DNA of 64,000 nt, taken from NCBI GenBank assembly GCA_963735805.1, contig CAVTMK010000001.1:256001-320000 (forward strand), given 5' to 3'. The notes beneath the pieces were generated by a model, which saw only the letters and a program-made list of their open reading frames with translations, was not told the DNA's origin and did not search any database. Positions 51,349-62,139 of this stretch are shown piece by piece (positions within the stretch are counted from its first letter, which is position 1; every line of letters begins with the position of its first letter). This stretch comes from an uncultured Verrucomicrobiae bacterium. Its GTDB lineage: Bacteria > Verrucomicrobiota > Verrucomicrobiia > Chthoniobacterales > UBA10450. A program made the translations under genes and the position numbers.

Positions 51349-51663
51349 ATGAAAACAAAAAGACTGTTCACAGTAGCAGTATTAAGCGTTGGCCTGGCAG
51401 TCACCGTTGCCGCACAAGCGAAGGAAAGAAAACACGAAGAGCAAACTATTAGCAGCTCTGATGTGCCTGCGGCGGTGCAGCAAGCTGCTCAGTCCGAGGC
51501 AAAAGGCGGAGCAATTGTTCGCTGGGAGAAGGAGGGCGCCAACTTTGAGGCCGTGATCGAGAAAAGCGGTAAACAAATTGGCGTCGAAATGGATGCCAAC
51601 GGCAAAGTGCTCAGCAAGCATAACGAAGGCAAAGAGCACAAGGAAAAAGGCGCGAAATACTAG
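51349..51663 (+). CDS. Secreted PepSY-like protein
   Basis: Signal peptide, DVPAAVQ, EKEG, FEA, MDANGKVL. Confidence 0.8.
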   Translation: MKTKRLFTVAVLSVGLAVTVAAQAKERKHEEQTISSSDVPAAVQQAAQSEAKGGAIVRWEKEGANFEAVIEKSGKQIGVEMDANGKVLSKHNEGKEHKEKGAKY

Positions 51664-52038
51664 TGAGTCTGGGTGGATCGCGTTGTCCCCTGCTATACCG
51701 AGGTGGCTCAACGCGATAGTGGGTGAAGCGCGGCGAAGGCGGATCGTTTCCTAACATCGTCTTCGCCGCCTTCTTTAGCACTAAAAGCGCCGGCTGATGT
51801 CAAGTCTCCTCGCTTAAGCAAACGCTAAAAAGCGCAAGTCAGTGCCCGAAATCACCGATCCGGTACAAGTTATACAATGCGCGAATGCCTGAATCGGAGC
51901 GATTGTCCCCAACTTTTTCGATGTAATGCGCGCCAGTAATTACAAAAATCAACGAGGGTATTTTCGGCACGCTCGTACACGCAAAAAATATCAAGACCCC
52001 CCTCTGGCACTGAAGAATGTTAGAGGGGAAGTTAAGTA

Positions 52039-53082
52039 GTGCGTTCCATTCCTCGATGCCTAAGTGCCTGTTACTTTGTCCTGATTTGCGCGACGGCACT
52101 GGGCAACGATGCGTACCAATTCGTAACTGAGATACCGATTGGAGGCGAAGGCGGTTGGGATATTTTAACGATCGAGTCGACCGCAAGCCGTCTTTACCTT
52201 TCGCACGCAACCAAAGTTGTCGTTGTCGATTTGATTAAAAATACCATTGCGGGCGAAATTGCCGACACCCCGGGCGTCCACGCATTCGTAACCGTACCCG
52301 AAGTGCAACGGGGTTTCTCGTCGAATGGCAAAGAATCGAAATCGAGCGTTGTCGATCTAACAACGTTGAAGACGACTTCGAAAATTGATACCGGGCAAAA
52401 TCCCGACGCCATTGTTTACGAACCACGTCACGGTGAGGTCTACGTTTTCAATCACACTGGCAATTCGGTCACCGTTATTAACGCGAAAGCCGCCACGGTT
52501 TCAGCAACGATTCCGCTCGGAGGAAATCCGGAATTTGCGGTGGCAGATGAAGAAGCCGGGCGAGTTTACTGCAACATCGAAGACAAAAGCGAAGTCGCGG
52601 TGATCGATGTGGACAAACATAAAGTCGTCGCGCATTGGTCGCTGGCGCCGGGCGAGGAACCAAGCGGAATCGCCTTGGATGCAAGGCATCATCGCTTGTT
52701 CTCGGGTTGCCACAACAAAATGATGGTGATGCTCGATACCGAAACCGGAAAGGTCGTCGACACTGTTCCAATTGGAGCTGGCGTCGATGGCTGTGCGTTC
52801 GATGACGCAAAGCAGCTCGCGTTCGCTTCTTGTGGAGACGGCACGACAACAATCGCGAGAGAAGAATTGCCAGACAAATTGACAGTCCTTCAAACTTTGA
52901 AGACCGAGCGTGGCGCGCGAACGATGGCGCTCGACGCTAAATCGCATTTCATATATTTGCCGTCAGCGCAGTTTCGGGCGTCACCATCGCCTTCTCCCGG
53001 CGCATCCCCGGGACGGCCCAGCGTTGTGCCCAACACACTTAAGCTTCTCGTTTACGGTCCCCCTGAATCCGTGAAACATTAG
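52039..53082 (+). CDS. YncE/YVTN-type beta-propeller protein
   Basis: GGEGGWD, repeated TGQNPDA/GGNPEF/GEEPSG blades, GARTMALD. Confidence 0.88.
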   Translation: MRSIPRCLSACYFVLICATALGNDAYQFVTEIPIGGEGGWDILTIESTASRLYLSHATKVVVVDLIKNTIAGEIADTPGVHAFVTVPEVQRGFSSNGKESKSSVVDLTTLKTTSKIDTGQNPDAIVYEPRHGEVYVFNHTGNSVTVINAKAATVSATIPLGGNPEFAVADEEAGRVYCNIEDKSEVAVIDVDKHKVVAHWSLAPGEEPSGIALDARHHRLFSGCHNKMMVMLDTETGKVVDTVPIGAGVDGCAFDDAKQLAFASCGDGTTTIAREELPDKLTVLQTLKTERGARTMALDAKSHFIYLPSAQFRASPSPSPGASPGRPSVVPNTLKLLVYGPPESVKH

Positions 53083-53085
53083 AGT

Positions 53086-53826
53086 GTGCGACGGTTAACG
53101 ATTGCGATATTGATCGCAACCGCGGCGCGAGTTGCATTTGGGCAAGGCGGACCGCCGATGATCACCGATGATCCTGGCACGCCCGGAAACGGCAAATGGG
53201 AAAATAATTTTGCGATCGCATTCGAACACCGTCCAAATGAGACCTCGATCGACGTACCAGCGATCGACCTCAACTACGGAGTGGGCGATCACATCCAGCT
53301 CACATTGCAAACGGCTCCCGTACTTCTCAAGCGAAGCGACCATGGACTGATTGGCGGACTCGCCGGAACAGAAGCGGCGGTGAAATGGCGCTTTTTCGAT
53401 GAGGCGACGAGCGGCTTCGACATGTCGATGTTTCCCCGCGTTATATTTAACATCGTCCAATCATCCGTGCGCCGCGGTCTCGCTGAAGATGGCACCCGTT
53501 TTCAAATTCCATTTCAAATTGCAAAGACCTTCGGCCGCTGGCATGCGGACGGCGAGGTGGGTCCACTTGCCAGCAGTGTTGGCCGAAGCGAATGGCTTTA
53601 TGGAATTGTCGGCGGATTTGATGTTTCAAAATCCACAATGCTCATGGCGGAACTGCATGGAACGTCGCAAATGAATTTCACCAATGATGTCTGGACCTTG
53701 AACTTCGGTTTGCGCCACGAATTTACCGAAAACTACATACTGATTGTGTCGATGGGACACGAGCTTCGTTCGCCTGATCAGCCGGCGGCGTTAATCGGCT
53801 ATTTCGGGATGCAATTCGTTTACTGA
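53086..53826 (+). CDS. Putative outer-membrane beta-barrel transporter
   Basis: Signal peptide, GGPPMITDDPGTP, DLNYG, KWRF, aromatic C-terminus YFGMQFVY. Confidence 0.7.
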   Translation: MRRLTIAILIATAARVAFGQGGPPMITDDPGTPGNGKWENNFAIAFEHRPNETSIDVPAIDLNYGVGDHIQLTLQTAPVLLKRSDHGLIGGLAGTEAAVKWRFFDEATSGFDMSMFPRVIFNIVQSSVRRGLAEDGTRFQIPFQIAKTFGRWHADGEVGPLASSVGRSEWLYGIVGGFDVSKSTMLMAELHGTSQMNFTNDVWTLNFGLRHEFTENYILIVSMGHELRSPDQPAALIGYFGMQFVY

Positions 53827-53832
53827 ATGAGA

Positions 53833-54627
53833 TCAATGCGCTTTTGAAGCGGGCTTTTGCGGGAAAATCAAGATCAGCGCAATGATCACTACCAGGAGCG
53901 CTAGCGACGCGGTGTAACGGCTCAAAGCCAAGCCGCCTTGCGCGATTGGCTTGTCGAGGAAATCGCCGACAACGGCTCCGAGCGGACGAGTCAAAATAAA
54001 TGCAGCCCAAAACAAAATGACGCGGGAAACGCTGGTCAGGTAGCAAAGAAGAGCAATCAACAAAAGTAACCCGCCGAAAACGGAAGCAGCGCCGAGATAA
54101 CCCATATCATTTGTGTCGGCCACCCAATCGCCAAGCGCCGTCCCCAAGGTCTGGGAAAACATGATTGTCACCCAATAAAAAATTTCGACCTTCGGCGTAC
54201 TTACCGTTTCGATCGATATGCTACCAGTCGACCAGCGCCAAATCAAAAGCGACGCGATCACACAGATGAGCAAGATGGTTGAACCACCGGTGTAGCCGAT
54301 GCCGAGCGATCTCGTGCAATAATCGGCCAGCGTTGTACCGATCGTCGTCGTGGCGACAATCGTCAGCCAGTAAAGGAATGGGTGAAATTTCTTGGCCCTG
54401 ATTTGAACCAGAACGACGACGACAAAAATGACGCCGAAAATCCCTGTACCAATAAGATAGCCTGTGCCTTTGGCCTCCGGGCTCGTTTCGCCGAGCCATG
54501 ACATAGTGACGGCATCGCCGCCCGTTTCACCTAGCGTCGTCGCAAGGATCTTAGTGATCCAGAAGAGAAACGTAACCTGCGGAACCTTAGCGGCGATCGC
54601 GTCGAGATTTGAATCACGTGGGTACAT
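53833..54627 (-). CDS. COG4705/DUF347 repeat membrane protein
   Basis: KVPQVT, KILATTLGETGGD, TLGTALGD, LTRPLGA. Confidence 0.9.
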   Translation of the reverse strand: MYPRDSNLDAIAAKVPQVTFLFWITKILATTLGETGGDAVTMSWLGETSPEAKGTGYLIGTGIFGVIFVVVVLVQIRAKKFHPFLYWLTIVATTTIGTTLADYCTRSLGIGYTGGSTILLICVIASLLIWRWSTGSISIETVSTPKVEIFYWVTIMFSQTLGTALGDWVADTNDMGYLGAASVFGGLLLLIALLCYLTSVSRVILFWAAFILTRPLGAVVGDFLDKPIAQGGLALSRYTASLALLVVIIALILIFPQKPASKAH

Positions 54628-54770
54628 TGGTTTTGCGCTCGGTTAGCCATGGCCCAACAAATTTGGCCAGGCGGTGCGCATTTTAGCCGGTGTTTTAGAT
54701 TCGTCGCTGCATCGTTAAGGGGCCTCTTAAGGTTGTTTGGCAACTCAAAAGCGCACCGTCCGTCGCTGCG

Positions 54771-55418
54771 TCAACGCGATTTATCCAAACCAAGCTTTAG
54801 ACCAACCGCTATCAGAACGGCACCCATCAGGCTGTCGAGCGCCATGATCACGCGGCGCTGTCTTAGCCAACCCGAAAGTAATTCGGTGGCACTGGTTAAC
54901 AAAAGAAACCAAAGCATGCCTTCTGCTGCATGAATCGACGCCAGCAGAATGCTGAACGACCAAACCTGAACGCCCGCCGGAATAAATTGCGGCAGGAAGC
55001 TCAGATAAAAAACGCCAACCTTAGGATTAAGAAGATTCGTCAACAAACCGCGTTTAAACCAAAGGGAATGGACTCTTTGGTCATCTTCCTTCCAGACTGG
55101 TTTCACGGCGACGTTTTCAGAAGTGGAACCGAATGCGCGAACAACCAATTTGATTCCCAAATAACTTAGATAAATAGCGCCAACGATTCGCAGCACATTG
55201 TAGGCAAACCCGGAAACGGCGAGAAGTGTGCTTAATCCGAAAGAAGCCGCCGCGCCCCACAGCAAGCAACCGGAACAGATGCCTATCCCGGCAAGCATTG
55301 CTGGTTTTCTGCCCTCCACCGCCGCGGTTCGCAAAACCAGCGCTGTATCCAACCCGGGTGCGATAGTCAGCAAACCAGCCGTTAAAGTGAACGAAAGCAA
55401 CGCTTGCCCAACTGTCAT
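54771..55418 (-). CDS. LysE/RhtB family exporter
   Basis: IAPGLD, GAIYLSYLG, NLLNPK, FLPQF; start trimmed to ATG 55418. Confidence 0.93.
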   Translation of the reverse strand: MTVGQALLSFTLTAGLLTIAPGLDTALVLRTAAVEGRKPAMLAGIGICSGCLLWGAAASFGLSTLLAVSGFAYNVLRIVGAIYLSYLGIKLVVRAFGSTSENVAVKPVWKEDDQRVHSLWFKRGLLTNLLNPKVGVFYLSFLPQFIPAGVQVWSFSILLASIHAAEGMLWFLLLTSATELLSGWLRQRRVIMALDSLMGAVLIAVGLKLGLDKSR

Positions 55419-55525
55419 AGAAACCGAGTTAGTAATTGCATTCTCTCTTCCGGAGTACAAAGCAATCTCGAAAAAACAAGTTGGCGACGCGTCCAACGCA
55501 TTCGATAACAAATAGTCAAATCAAG

Positions 55526-55879
55526 ATGACGATTTCGCTTTTTCGGATTGCAGCTGTTCTTTGTTTCCTTGCGGTGGCGCTCGGCGCTTTCGGGTCCCAT
55601 GGCCTCAAACAAACGCTTCAAGCACATGGAATGGTCGATGTTTGGAATAAGGCTGTGCTTTATCATTTCATCCACGCGATCGCGCTGTTGGTCCTCGCGC
55701 TTTATGGCGCCGCCAGCCGCAACGCATGGTGGCTGCTCTTTGCCGGCATCTTCATTTTTAGCGGCAGTTTGTATGTGATGGCGCTCACAAATCTTCGCTG
55801 GCTCGGAGCGATTACGCCAATTGGTGGTCTATGTTTTTTAGCTGGCTGGGCATGGTTAATTGTTACACCGCGTCAGTAA
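55526..55879 (+). CDS. DUF423 (YgdD-like) membrane protein
   Basis: LGAFGSHGL, YHFIH, FSGSLY, GAITPIGG. Confidence 0.93.
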   Translation: MTISLFRIAAVLCFLAVALGAFGSHGLKQTLQAHGMVDVWNKAVLYHFIHAIALLVLALYGAASRNAWWLLFAGIFIFSGSLYVMALTNLRWLGAITPIGGLCFLAGWAWLIVTPRQ

Positions 55880-55935
55880 GTCAGTTCGTCGCGTCGTGCG
55901 GTCCCTATTTTTTGCAGTTTCGACAAGAGTTTGGT

Positions 55936-57036
55936 ATGCCGATGACGTTAGATGACTTGCGACATTTTGCCGTCGCGCGCAGTCTTTTCAACCCCACGAC
56001 ATTAAAACGCGCTGTCGACCTGATGGGCTTTGTTCAAGCGGACCCGATTCGTGCACCGGCTCGCGCTCAAGACCTGATATTGCGCCACCGCGTCAAAAAT
56101 TACCGCGCAGGTGAGCTCGAGCGCCGTTATGCGAAACTCGGAATCGAGGAGGATTTCTTCATCACTTACGGCTTTGTATCAAAGTCCATACACGCTCTGA
56201 TGCATCCACGTTCGACTGTTGGTGTACCCGCCGAAGGTCCTCGACCCTGGCCCACAACACGCAAACGGCGCGCAGGACTCCTATTAGAGTTTGTGCGGGA
56301 ACGCGGTGAAGTTCATCCACACGAAGTAGACGAACACTTTGCCCATGGGAGAGTCAGAAACTATTGGGGCGGCTTCTCGAACGCAACAACGCACCTGCTC
56401 GCAGCGATGCATTATCGCGGTTTGCTGCGTGTGGCGCGGCGCGAGAAGGGTATCCGTGTCTACGCTGCCTACCAACCCGGCTCAGAGCCATCCGACGCCG
56501 GGGAGCGTCGTAGTCGGATTGACGCGCTCGTTGATGCTGCCGTAAACGTCTACGGACCGTTGCCAGGCACCTGTTTGTCGGACCTTGTGCGACGTTTACG
56601 CTTTGCTGTTCCGCAATGGCGTGGCGAGCTAAAAAGCGCATTATACCGCGCTAAGGAACGGCTTTCTCGCACCCGGGTCGATGGCATCGACTGGTATTGG
56701 CCAGTGGACGAAGACCCGACGGGTTGTTCGACGTCGGCTAAAGTACGTTTGTTAACACCATTCGATCCCGTCGTTTGGGATCGGGACCGCTTTGAACTGC
56801 TGTGGGGTTGGGTGTATCGCTTCGAGGCTTATACTCCAGCAGTGAAGCGCAAGCTTGGTTATTACGCTCTCCCGCTGCTTTGGTGCGATCGAGTGATTGG
56901 CTGGGCCAACGTATCTGCCAAGAATGGGGACTTGAAGTGCGAATTGGGTTACGTCACCTCGCCACCGCGCGGTCGTGTCTTCAAACGTGAACTTGGAGCC
57001 GAATTGGATCGAATGCGTACTTTTCTGGCCCAGTAG
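55936..57036 (+). CDS. HTH_42 winged-helix DNA glycosylase (AlkZ/YcaQ-like)
   Basis: QADPI (QxD, YcaQ-type), LLTPFDP, YRFEAYTP, RKLGYY. Confidence 0.88.
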   Translation: MPMTLDDLRHFAVARSLFNPTTLKRAVDLMGFVQADPIRAPARAQDLILRHRVKNYRAGELERRYAKLGIEEDFFITYGFVSKSIHALMHPRSTVGVPAEGPRPWPTTRKRRAGLLLEFVRERGEVHPHEVDEHFAHGRVRNYWGGFSNATTHLLAAMHYRGLLRVARREKGIRVYAAYQPGSEPSDAGERRSRIDALVDAAVNVYGPLPGTCLSDLVRRLRFAVPQWRGELKSALYRAKERLSRTRVDGIDWYWPVDEDPTGCSTSAKVRLLTPFDPVVWDRDRFELLWGWVYRFEAYTPAVKRKLGYYALPLLWCDRVIGWANVSAKNGDLKCELGYVTSPPRGRVFKRELGAELDRMRTFLAQ

Positions 57037-57205
57037 TCGCGAAATTCTGTTCACGGATAACCCCGTTAAACGTTCGACAATCAACCCCCAGAGTTGAATG
57101 GAATCCGTTGCCCACGATTCAGCGGAATCGAGTGTTAGGCGTTTTGGCCGTCTACAATGCAAGAATGCTGTTCGGGAGATTCTCTTCTGATATACTACCG
57201 GCTCG

Positions 57206-58711
57206 ATGTTTAACGCACTGTCGGAGGCAGAGCGAGCTGCGATCACAGCGGTCGTGTTCGTCGGAACATTCTTTATCGCGCTCTGGGTGGGCCGTTTTCT
57301 AAAGCACCGCGCCGGCGTACGACTTGGCCTTCTATTCCGGCTCTTCTGCTTAATTCTGGCGTTCTACGCAGCCATTAGCGTTTACGGCGTACACGCGTCC
57401 TGGCGAAATCATGTCGGTACGGCTGTCATTCTGTTGAGCACAGCGATCGTGGTCGCTCTGGTGAACCGATACGTATGGGATTTTTACTTCGAAAAGAAAC
57501 GGCATACGCCAATCCCGCATTTTCTTCGTGAGGTTGTCGGTGGGATCATTTTTCTGATCGTACTGCTGTTGGTCCTCAGCTACGGTTATCATGCCGAAGC
57601 GCAGTTGAAAGGGCTGCTCGCAGGTTCCGGAGTAGTCGCAATCATCGTCGGCTTCGCTGGACAGAATCTCTTCGCCGGTATTATCGGAGGCATATCGATC
57701 CAGATTAATCGCCCATACAAAGTAGGCGACTGGTTGCAGGTAGGTGAGCGCTTTGCTGAGGTAATGGAGATCAACTGGCGTTCGACACGATTGCGCACGA
57801 ACGACGCTATTTATCTCGATATCCCGAACAACGAGATGGTCAGTCACACCATCGTCAATCTCCATTACCCGACCGAAGTCCATGCGATGCGGATTCGCGT
57901 TGGGGTTGAGTACAAAAACCCGCCAAATCGCGTAAAGGATGTACTTTTCCGAGCAGCTTCCACAGCAGAAGGTGTCCTGCCGGAGCCGAAGGTAAGGGTG
58001 TTTCTGGTCGACTTTGCCGATTCTGCTATGACCTACGAGATCAAATTCTATATGGGTAACCACGCCAGAATCAACGAAGTCAACGACGCCGTGCGCACCA
58101 ACGTTTGGTATGCGCTCAAACGCCAGGGGATCACCATCCCCTTCCCGATTCGCACGCTGCAAGTGGAGCGCAAACCAGCGGTATCGATTCAAGAAGAATA
58201 TCAGGAAGCCCGGACAATTCTGCGCTCCGAAGCTTTGTTCGAGTGTTTGTCGGACGAGCAGATCGGCAGCCTGGTGCAGCAGTCCCATGTCAGCCATTTT
58301 GGCAGGGGCGAGCGTGTGATCAGGGAAGGCGCTGAGGGTGACTCCATGTTTGTTTTGTTGAGCGGGGCTGCCGAAGTGTCGATCTCGAAAAACGGCACCT
58401 CAATTCCCGTGGCTACCTTGAAGGCGCCCGATTGTTTCGGAGAAATGTCTCTTCTCACGGGCGAAAGCCGAACAGCAACGGTGCGCGCCGAGACCGATTG
58501 CCAGGTAATGGAGATTGGCAAGGTAGTAATGGCAGAGGTGCTCCGCATCTCTCCCGATTGCCTCGAACGGCTCAGCGAATTGCTGGCCAGGCGAAAAATG
58601 GAAACTGAAGGTTTACTTAAAGAGGCGGTTTCCCATACCCATCACGAGAGAAAAGAACGCGAATACAGGGCGAACTTCCTGAACCGTTTGCGGACATTTT
58701 TCGAATTGTAG
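57206..58711 (+). CDS. MscS-family channel with C-terminal cNMP-binding domain
   Basis: RPYKVGDW, WRSTRL, IPFP; CNB motifs EGAEGDSMFV and FGEMSLLTGESRTATV. Confidence 0.92.
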   Translation: MFNALSEAERAAITAVVFVGTFFIALWVGRFLKHRAGVRLGLLFRLFCLILAFYAAISVYGVHASWRNHVGTAVILLSTAIVVALVNRYVWDFYFEKKRHTPIPHFLREVVGGIIFLIVLLLVLSYGYHAEAQLKGLLAGSGVVAIIVGFAGQNLFAGIIGGISIQINRPYKVGDWLQVGERFAEVMEINWRSTRLRTNDAIYLDIPNNEMVSHTIVNLHYPTEVHAMRIRVGVEYKNPPNRVKDVLFRAASTAEGVLPEPKVRVFLVDFADSAMTYEIKFYMGNHARINEVNDAVRTNVWYALKRQGITIPFPIRTLQVERKPAVSIQEEYQEARTILRSEALFECLSDEQIGSLVQQSHVSHFGRGERVIREGAEGDSMFVLLSGAAEVSISKNGTSIPVATLKAPDCFGEMSLLTGESRTATVRAETDCQVMEIGKVVMAEVLRISPDCLERLSELLARRKMETEGLLKEAVSHTHHERKEREYRANFLNRLRTFFEL

Positions 58712-58884
58712 CAACGCGCTCTGCCGCCGCGTCGCGGATTGCATAATGAACGCCTCTACACGGCGAGGCTGACATAGGACACTCGGCAGAAAAAGTCGAA
58801 ATGGGGACTTCACATTTGTTTTCAATAACGAATTGCCAGCGCAAGAAAACCTACTAAAGTCCCCAACTTTCACCCGGAAGGTTC

Positions 58885-60963
58885 ATGAGCACTTTACTTG
58901 GCCTAACGATTCTCGATTCAGGCATTCAACTGTCAATGGTGTGCGGCCTAATCGCACTCGTGGCCGCATTCATTTTGATTGCCATAGTCGTTCGTGCGCC
59001 CGCGGGCAACGAGCGGATGCGGCAGATCGCCGGCGCGGTTCAGGAGGGCGCCAAGGCGTATCTGAATCGCCAGGTGATCACCATCAGTTCCATCGCAGTA
59101 ATCATTTTTATTTTGCTCTTTATTTTCAAGGATCGGGCCACGGCGATTGGCTTTTTGATCGGTGCGTTTTGTTCGCTTTCGGCAGGTTACATTGGGATGC
59201 GCATAGCGGTCGTAGCTAATGTTCGCACGACTCAAGCTGCAACCGTGTCGATGACCAAGGCTCTGCGAATGGCATTCAACGGCGGTGCTGTGACAGGTCT
59301 GCTCGTCGTGGGGCTCGCGCTTCTGTCGGTTTCGATTTTCTACACTGCAGTCTCACGTATTGCGGGCCCGCGAATGGCGGTCAGTAGCCTGGTTGGTCTC
59401 GCCCTTGGGGCCAGTCTTATCAGCGTGTTCGCAAGACTTGGCGGCGGCATTTACACTAAAGCCGCCGATGTCGGCGCGGATCTCGTCGGCAAAATCGAGA
59501 AAGGCCTCGAAGAAGACGATCCACGCAATCCCGCCACGATTGCAGACAATGTGGGCGACAACGTCGGGGATTGCGCCGGCATGGCCGCCGACGTGTTCGA
59601 GACCTACGCGGTGAGTTTGATCGGCGCGATACTGGTTGGCGCGCTCACGTTGCCGGGCAATTCAGCGGCCGTGGTTTATCCATTCGTCCTCGGCGGAATC
59701 TCCGTGTTTGGTGCAATCTTGGGCGTGCTGTTCGTAAACTTTGCCGGTGGCAAACCGGCCAGCGTGCTGATGGGCGGCGTGGTCACCAGTGCAATTATTT
59801 CGGCGGTTCTGTTCTGGCCGGCCACGCACTACCTGTTTCCGACAGGCATCACGGTGAGCGGACAGATGCGCTCACCAACACAATTATACTGGGCGTCGGT
59901 GGTTGGACTGGTCATGACCGCTGTCGTCGTCGCAATCACCAATTACTACACATCGATGCGCTACCGGCCCGTGCAAAAAATTGCCCGCGCCTCAGAGACA
60001 GGCCATGCGACAAACATCATCGCCGGACTCGCGGTTGGCCAGCACGCCACTGCGTTGCCAGTCGGCTTTATCGCAATCGCTATTTTGGTGAGTTTTCATT
60101 TTGCCGGCCTTTACGGAATCGCCATCGCCGTGATGGCGATGTTGTCCATGGCCGGCATCATCATATCGCTCGATTCGTTCGGTCCGATTACCGACAATGC
60201 CGGCGGCGTAGCGGTAATGAGCAATCTGCCGAAGGAGGTACGCAACGTCACCGATCAACTCGACGCCGTGGGCAACACAATGAAAGCGGTGACCAAGGGC
60301 TACGCAATTGCTTCAGCAGGTCTGGCCGCCCTTGTTTTGTTCGGCTCGTACGTACAAGAGCTGAAAGAGCACGTGACACGCAACGGCCAGCCGTTTGTGT
60401 TCGAGTTTTCGCTTACCGACCCGAAGGTGATCATCGGCTTGTTCCTTGGTGGATTGCTTCCGTTCCTCTTCACCGCGTTCAGTATGGATGCGGTAGGTAA
60501 AGCCGCCGGCGCGGTCGTACGCGAGGTGCGGCGGCAATTGCAGGCGCATCCCGGTATCATGACCGGACAGGACACGCCTGAGTACGGCACCTGCGTGGAT
60601 ATCGTAACCAAAGCGGCGTTGCGCGAGATGATCGTGCCGGCACTCCTGCCGCTGATCTTCGTGGTGGCTGTCGCCGTGATTCCACAGTTAGGTCCGGTCG
60701 TTCTCGGAGGATTGCTCGTGGGAACGATTGTCACCGGACTATTTGTTGCGATTGCCATGACTTCCGGCGGCGGCGCTTGGGACAATGCGAAAAAATTTAT
60801 CGAGGAAGGAAATCTGGGCGGCAAAGGCTCGTTTGCTCACGCCGCTGCGATAACAGGCGATACGGTGGGCGACCCTTACAAAGACACTGCAGGTCCTGCG
60901 ATCAATCCGATGATCAAGGTTGTCAACATCCTGGCGATCTTAATCATCCCGATTTTCTTCTAG
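58885..60963 (+). CDS. hppA: Membrane-bound pyrophosphatase, probably K+-independent H+-pumping
   Basis: [36 protein letters not shown] (Lys determinant), [11 protein letters not shown]. Confidence 0.95.
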   Translation: MSTLLGLTILDSGIQLSMVCGLIALVAAFILIAIVVRAPAGNERMRQIAGAVQEGAKAYLNRQVITISSIAVIIFILLFIFKDRATAIGFLIGAFCSLSAGYIGMRIAVVANVRTTQAATVSMTKALRMAFNGGAVTGLLVVGLALLSVSIFYTAVSRIAGPRMAVSSLVGLALGASLISVFARLGGGIYTKAADVGADLVGKIEKGLEEDDPRNPATIADNVGDNVGDCAGMAADVFETYAVSLIGAILVGALTLPGNSAAVVYPFVLGGISVFGAILGVLFVNFAGGKPASVLMGGVVTSAIISAVLFWPATHYLFPTGITVSGQMRSPTQLYWASVVGLVMTAVVVAITNYYTSMRYRPVQKIARASETGHATNIIAGLAVGQHATALPVGFIAIAILVSFHFAGLYGIAIAVMAMLSMAGIIISLDSFGPITDNAGGVAVMSNLPKEVRNVTDQLDAVGNTMKAVTKGYAIASAGLAALVLFGSYVQELKEHVTRNGQPFVFEFSLTDPKVIIGLFLGGLLPFLFTAFSMDAVGKAAGAVVREVRRQLQAHPGIMTGQDTPEYGTCVDIVTKAALREMIVPALLPLIFVVAVAVIPQLGPVVLGGLLVGTIVTGLFVAIAMTSGGGAWDNAKKFIEEGNLGGKGSFAHAAAITGDTVGDPYKDTAGPAINPMIKVVNILAILIIPIFF

Positions 60964-61053
60964 AGCCATCGCTGATGCTACCGCCCTCTTATTGCGGGCT
61001 AAAAACGCTTGGTTTCCTCACGAACGCGTGGCAAAGTCGGGCGCTCTCGCGCC

Positions 61054-61974
61054 ATGCCTAGCGTTTCAGCATCGCCCACACGATTAAAGTTTTGGGGGAC
61101 GCGCGGTTCCATTTCCGTACCCGGGCCTTGCTCACTGCGCTACGGAGGAAACACCACTTGTGTCGAGATACGCGCGGACGGTGAGATTATTGTGCTCGAT
61201 GCGGGTTCAGGGATTCGCCCCCTCGGGCTCGCTTTAGAAAGAGAGTTCCGCATGGAGCCGATCAAGCTCCATCTATTGATCACTCATGCTCATTGGGACC
61301 ATATCCAAGGACTACCTTTCTTTGCCCCGGCATATGAAAAGAAGAATGAAATCCGTGTACGCGGCTACGACGGCGTCGATACAAGCTTCGGCAAAATCAT
61401 GGCTGAGCCAATGAAGGCGCCCTTTTTTCCCATCGCGATGCGCGAGCTTTCCGCCAGGATTGATATTAAGAAACTAACCGAGATGGAATTCTCGGCTGGT
61501 AAAGTGCAGGTGCGCGCAAGGTTTGTAAATCACCCGGGGGTATGTGCTGGTTATCGCCTGTTTACCGATGCCGGCTCAATCGCCTTTCTTCCGGACCACG
61601 AGCCATATCGGTTTCTGCATTCAGCAAAGGCCAATGACCTGAACCCTGAACAGGCGAAGAAGATTGGGATAGAGGAGCGAATCGGCCTGGTCGAATTTCT
61701 CAAGGGCAGCGACGTTCTGATTCTCGACGCCCAATACACCGATGCAGAATACGAGAGCCACATCGGATGGGGGCACGGTTCGGTTTCCAGTGCCGTCTCG
61801 CTTGCGCTCGACGCTGAAGTTAACAGGCTTCTACTTTTCCATCACGACCCAAGTCATGATGATGCCATGGTCGATGCGATGGTTGACGATGCGCGGCGAC
61901 TAATTCACGAAAGTGGAAAAGCCCTGGAAGTGGCTGGCGCGCGCGAAGGTGAGGAATTGGTTCTCAGCAACTAA
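61054..61974 (+). CDS. MBL-fold hydrolase (phosphodiesterase-like)
   Basis: FWGTRGS, YGGNTTC, THAHWDHIQG, DAQY, GWGH, FHHDP. Confidence 0.9.
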   Translation: MPSVSASPTRLKFWGTRGSISVPGPCSLRYGGNTTCVEIRADGEIIVLDAGSGIRPLGLALEREFRMEPIKLHLLITHAHWDHIQGLPFFAPAYEKKNEIRVRGYDGVDTSFGKIMAEPMKAPFFPIAMRELSARIDIKKLTEMEFSAGKVQVRARFVNHPGVCAGYRLFTDAGSIAFLPDHEPYRFLHSAKANDLNPEQAKKIGIEERIGLVEFLKGSDVLILDAQYTDAEYESHIGWGHGSVSSAVSLALDAEVNRLLLFHHDPSHDDAMVDAMVDDARRLIHESGKALEVAGAREGEELVLSN

Positions 61975-62139
61975 GAGAAATCCAAAGACCAACCCCGAAT
62001 ATCGAAACAAATCCGGATATCAAAAGTTCAAATCGCAACGTTGCCGTGAAAAAACACGCTTTCGCGCTTTAATCATTTCCGTATTTTTGAGCTGGTTTCG
62101 GCTTTCGACGTTCGAATTGCGAACTTTCCGAAGCGCTTT

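Noticed and set aside
57350..58297. 315-aa antisense ORF, and similar long ORFs at 5764-6495, 16945-17706 and 59571-60500
   Set aside because: They lie wholly within well-supported genes and carry no motifs; such shadow ORFs are expected at this GC content.
58712..58884. Riboswitch upstream of hppA (also checked upstream of mgtE)
   Set aside because: No recognisable fluoride, M-box or other aptamer consensus by eye.
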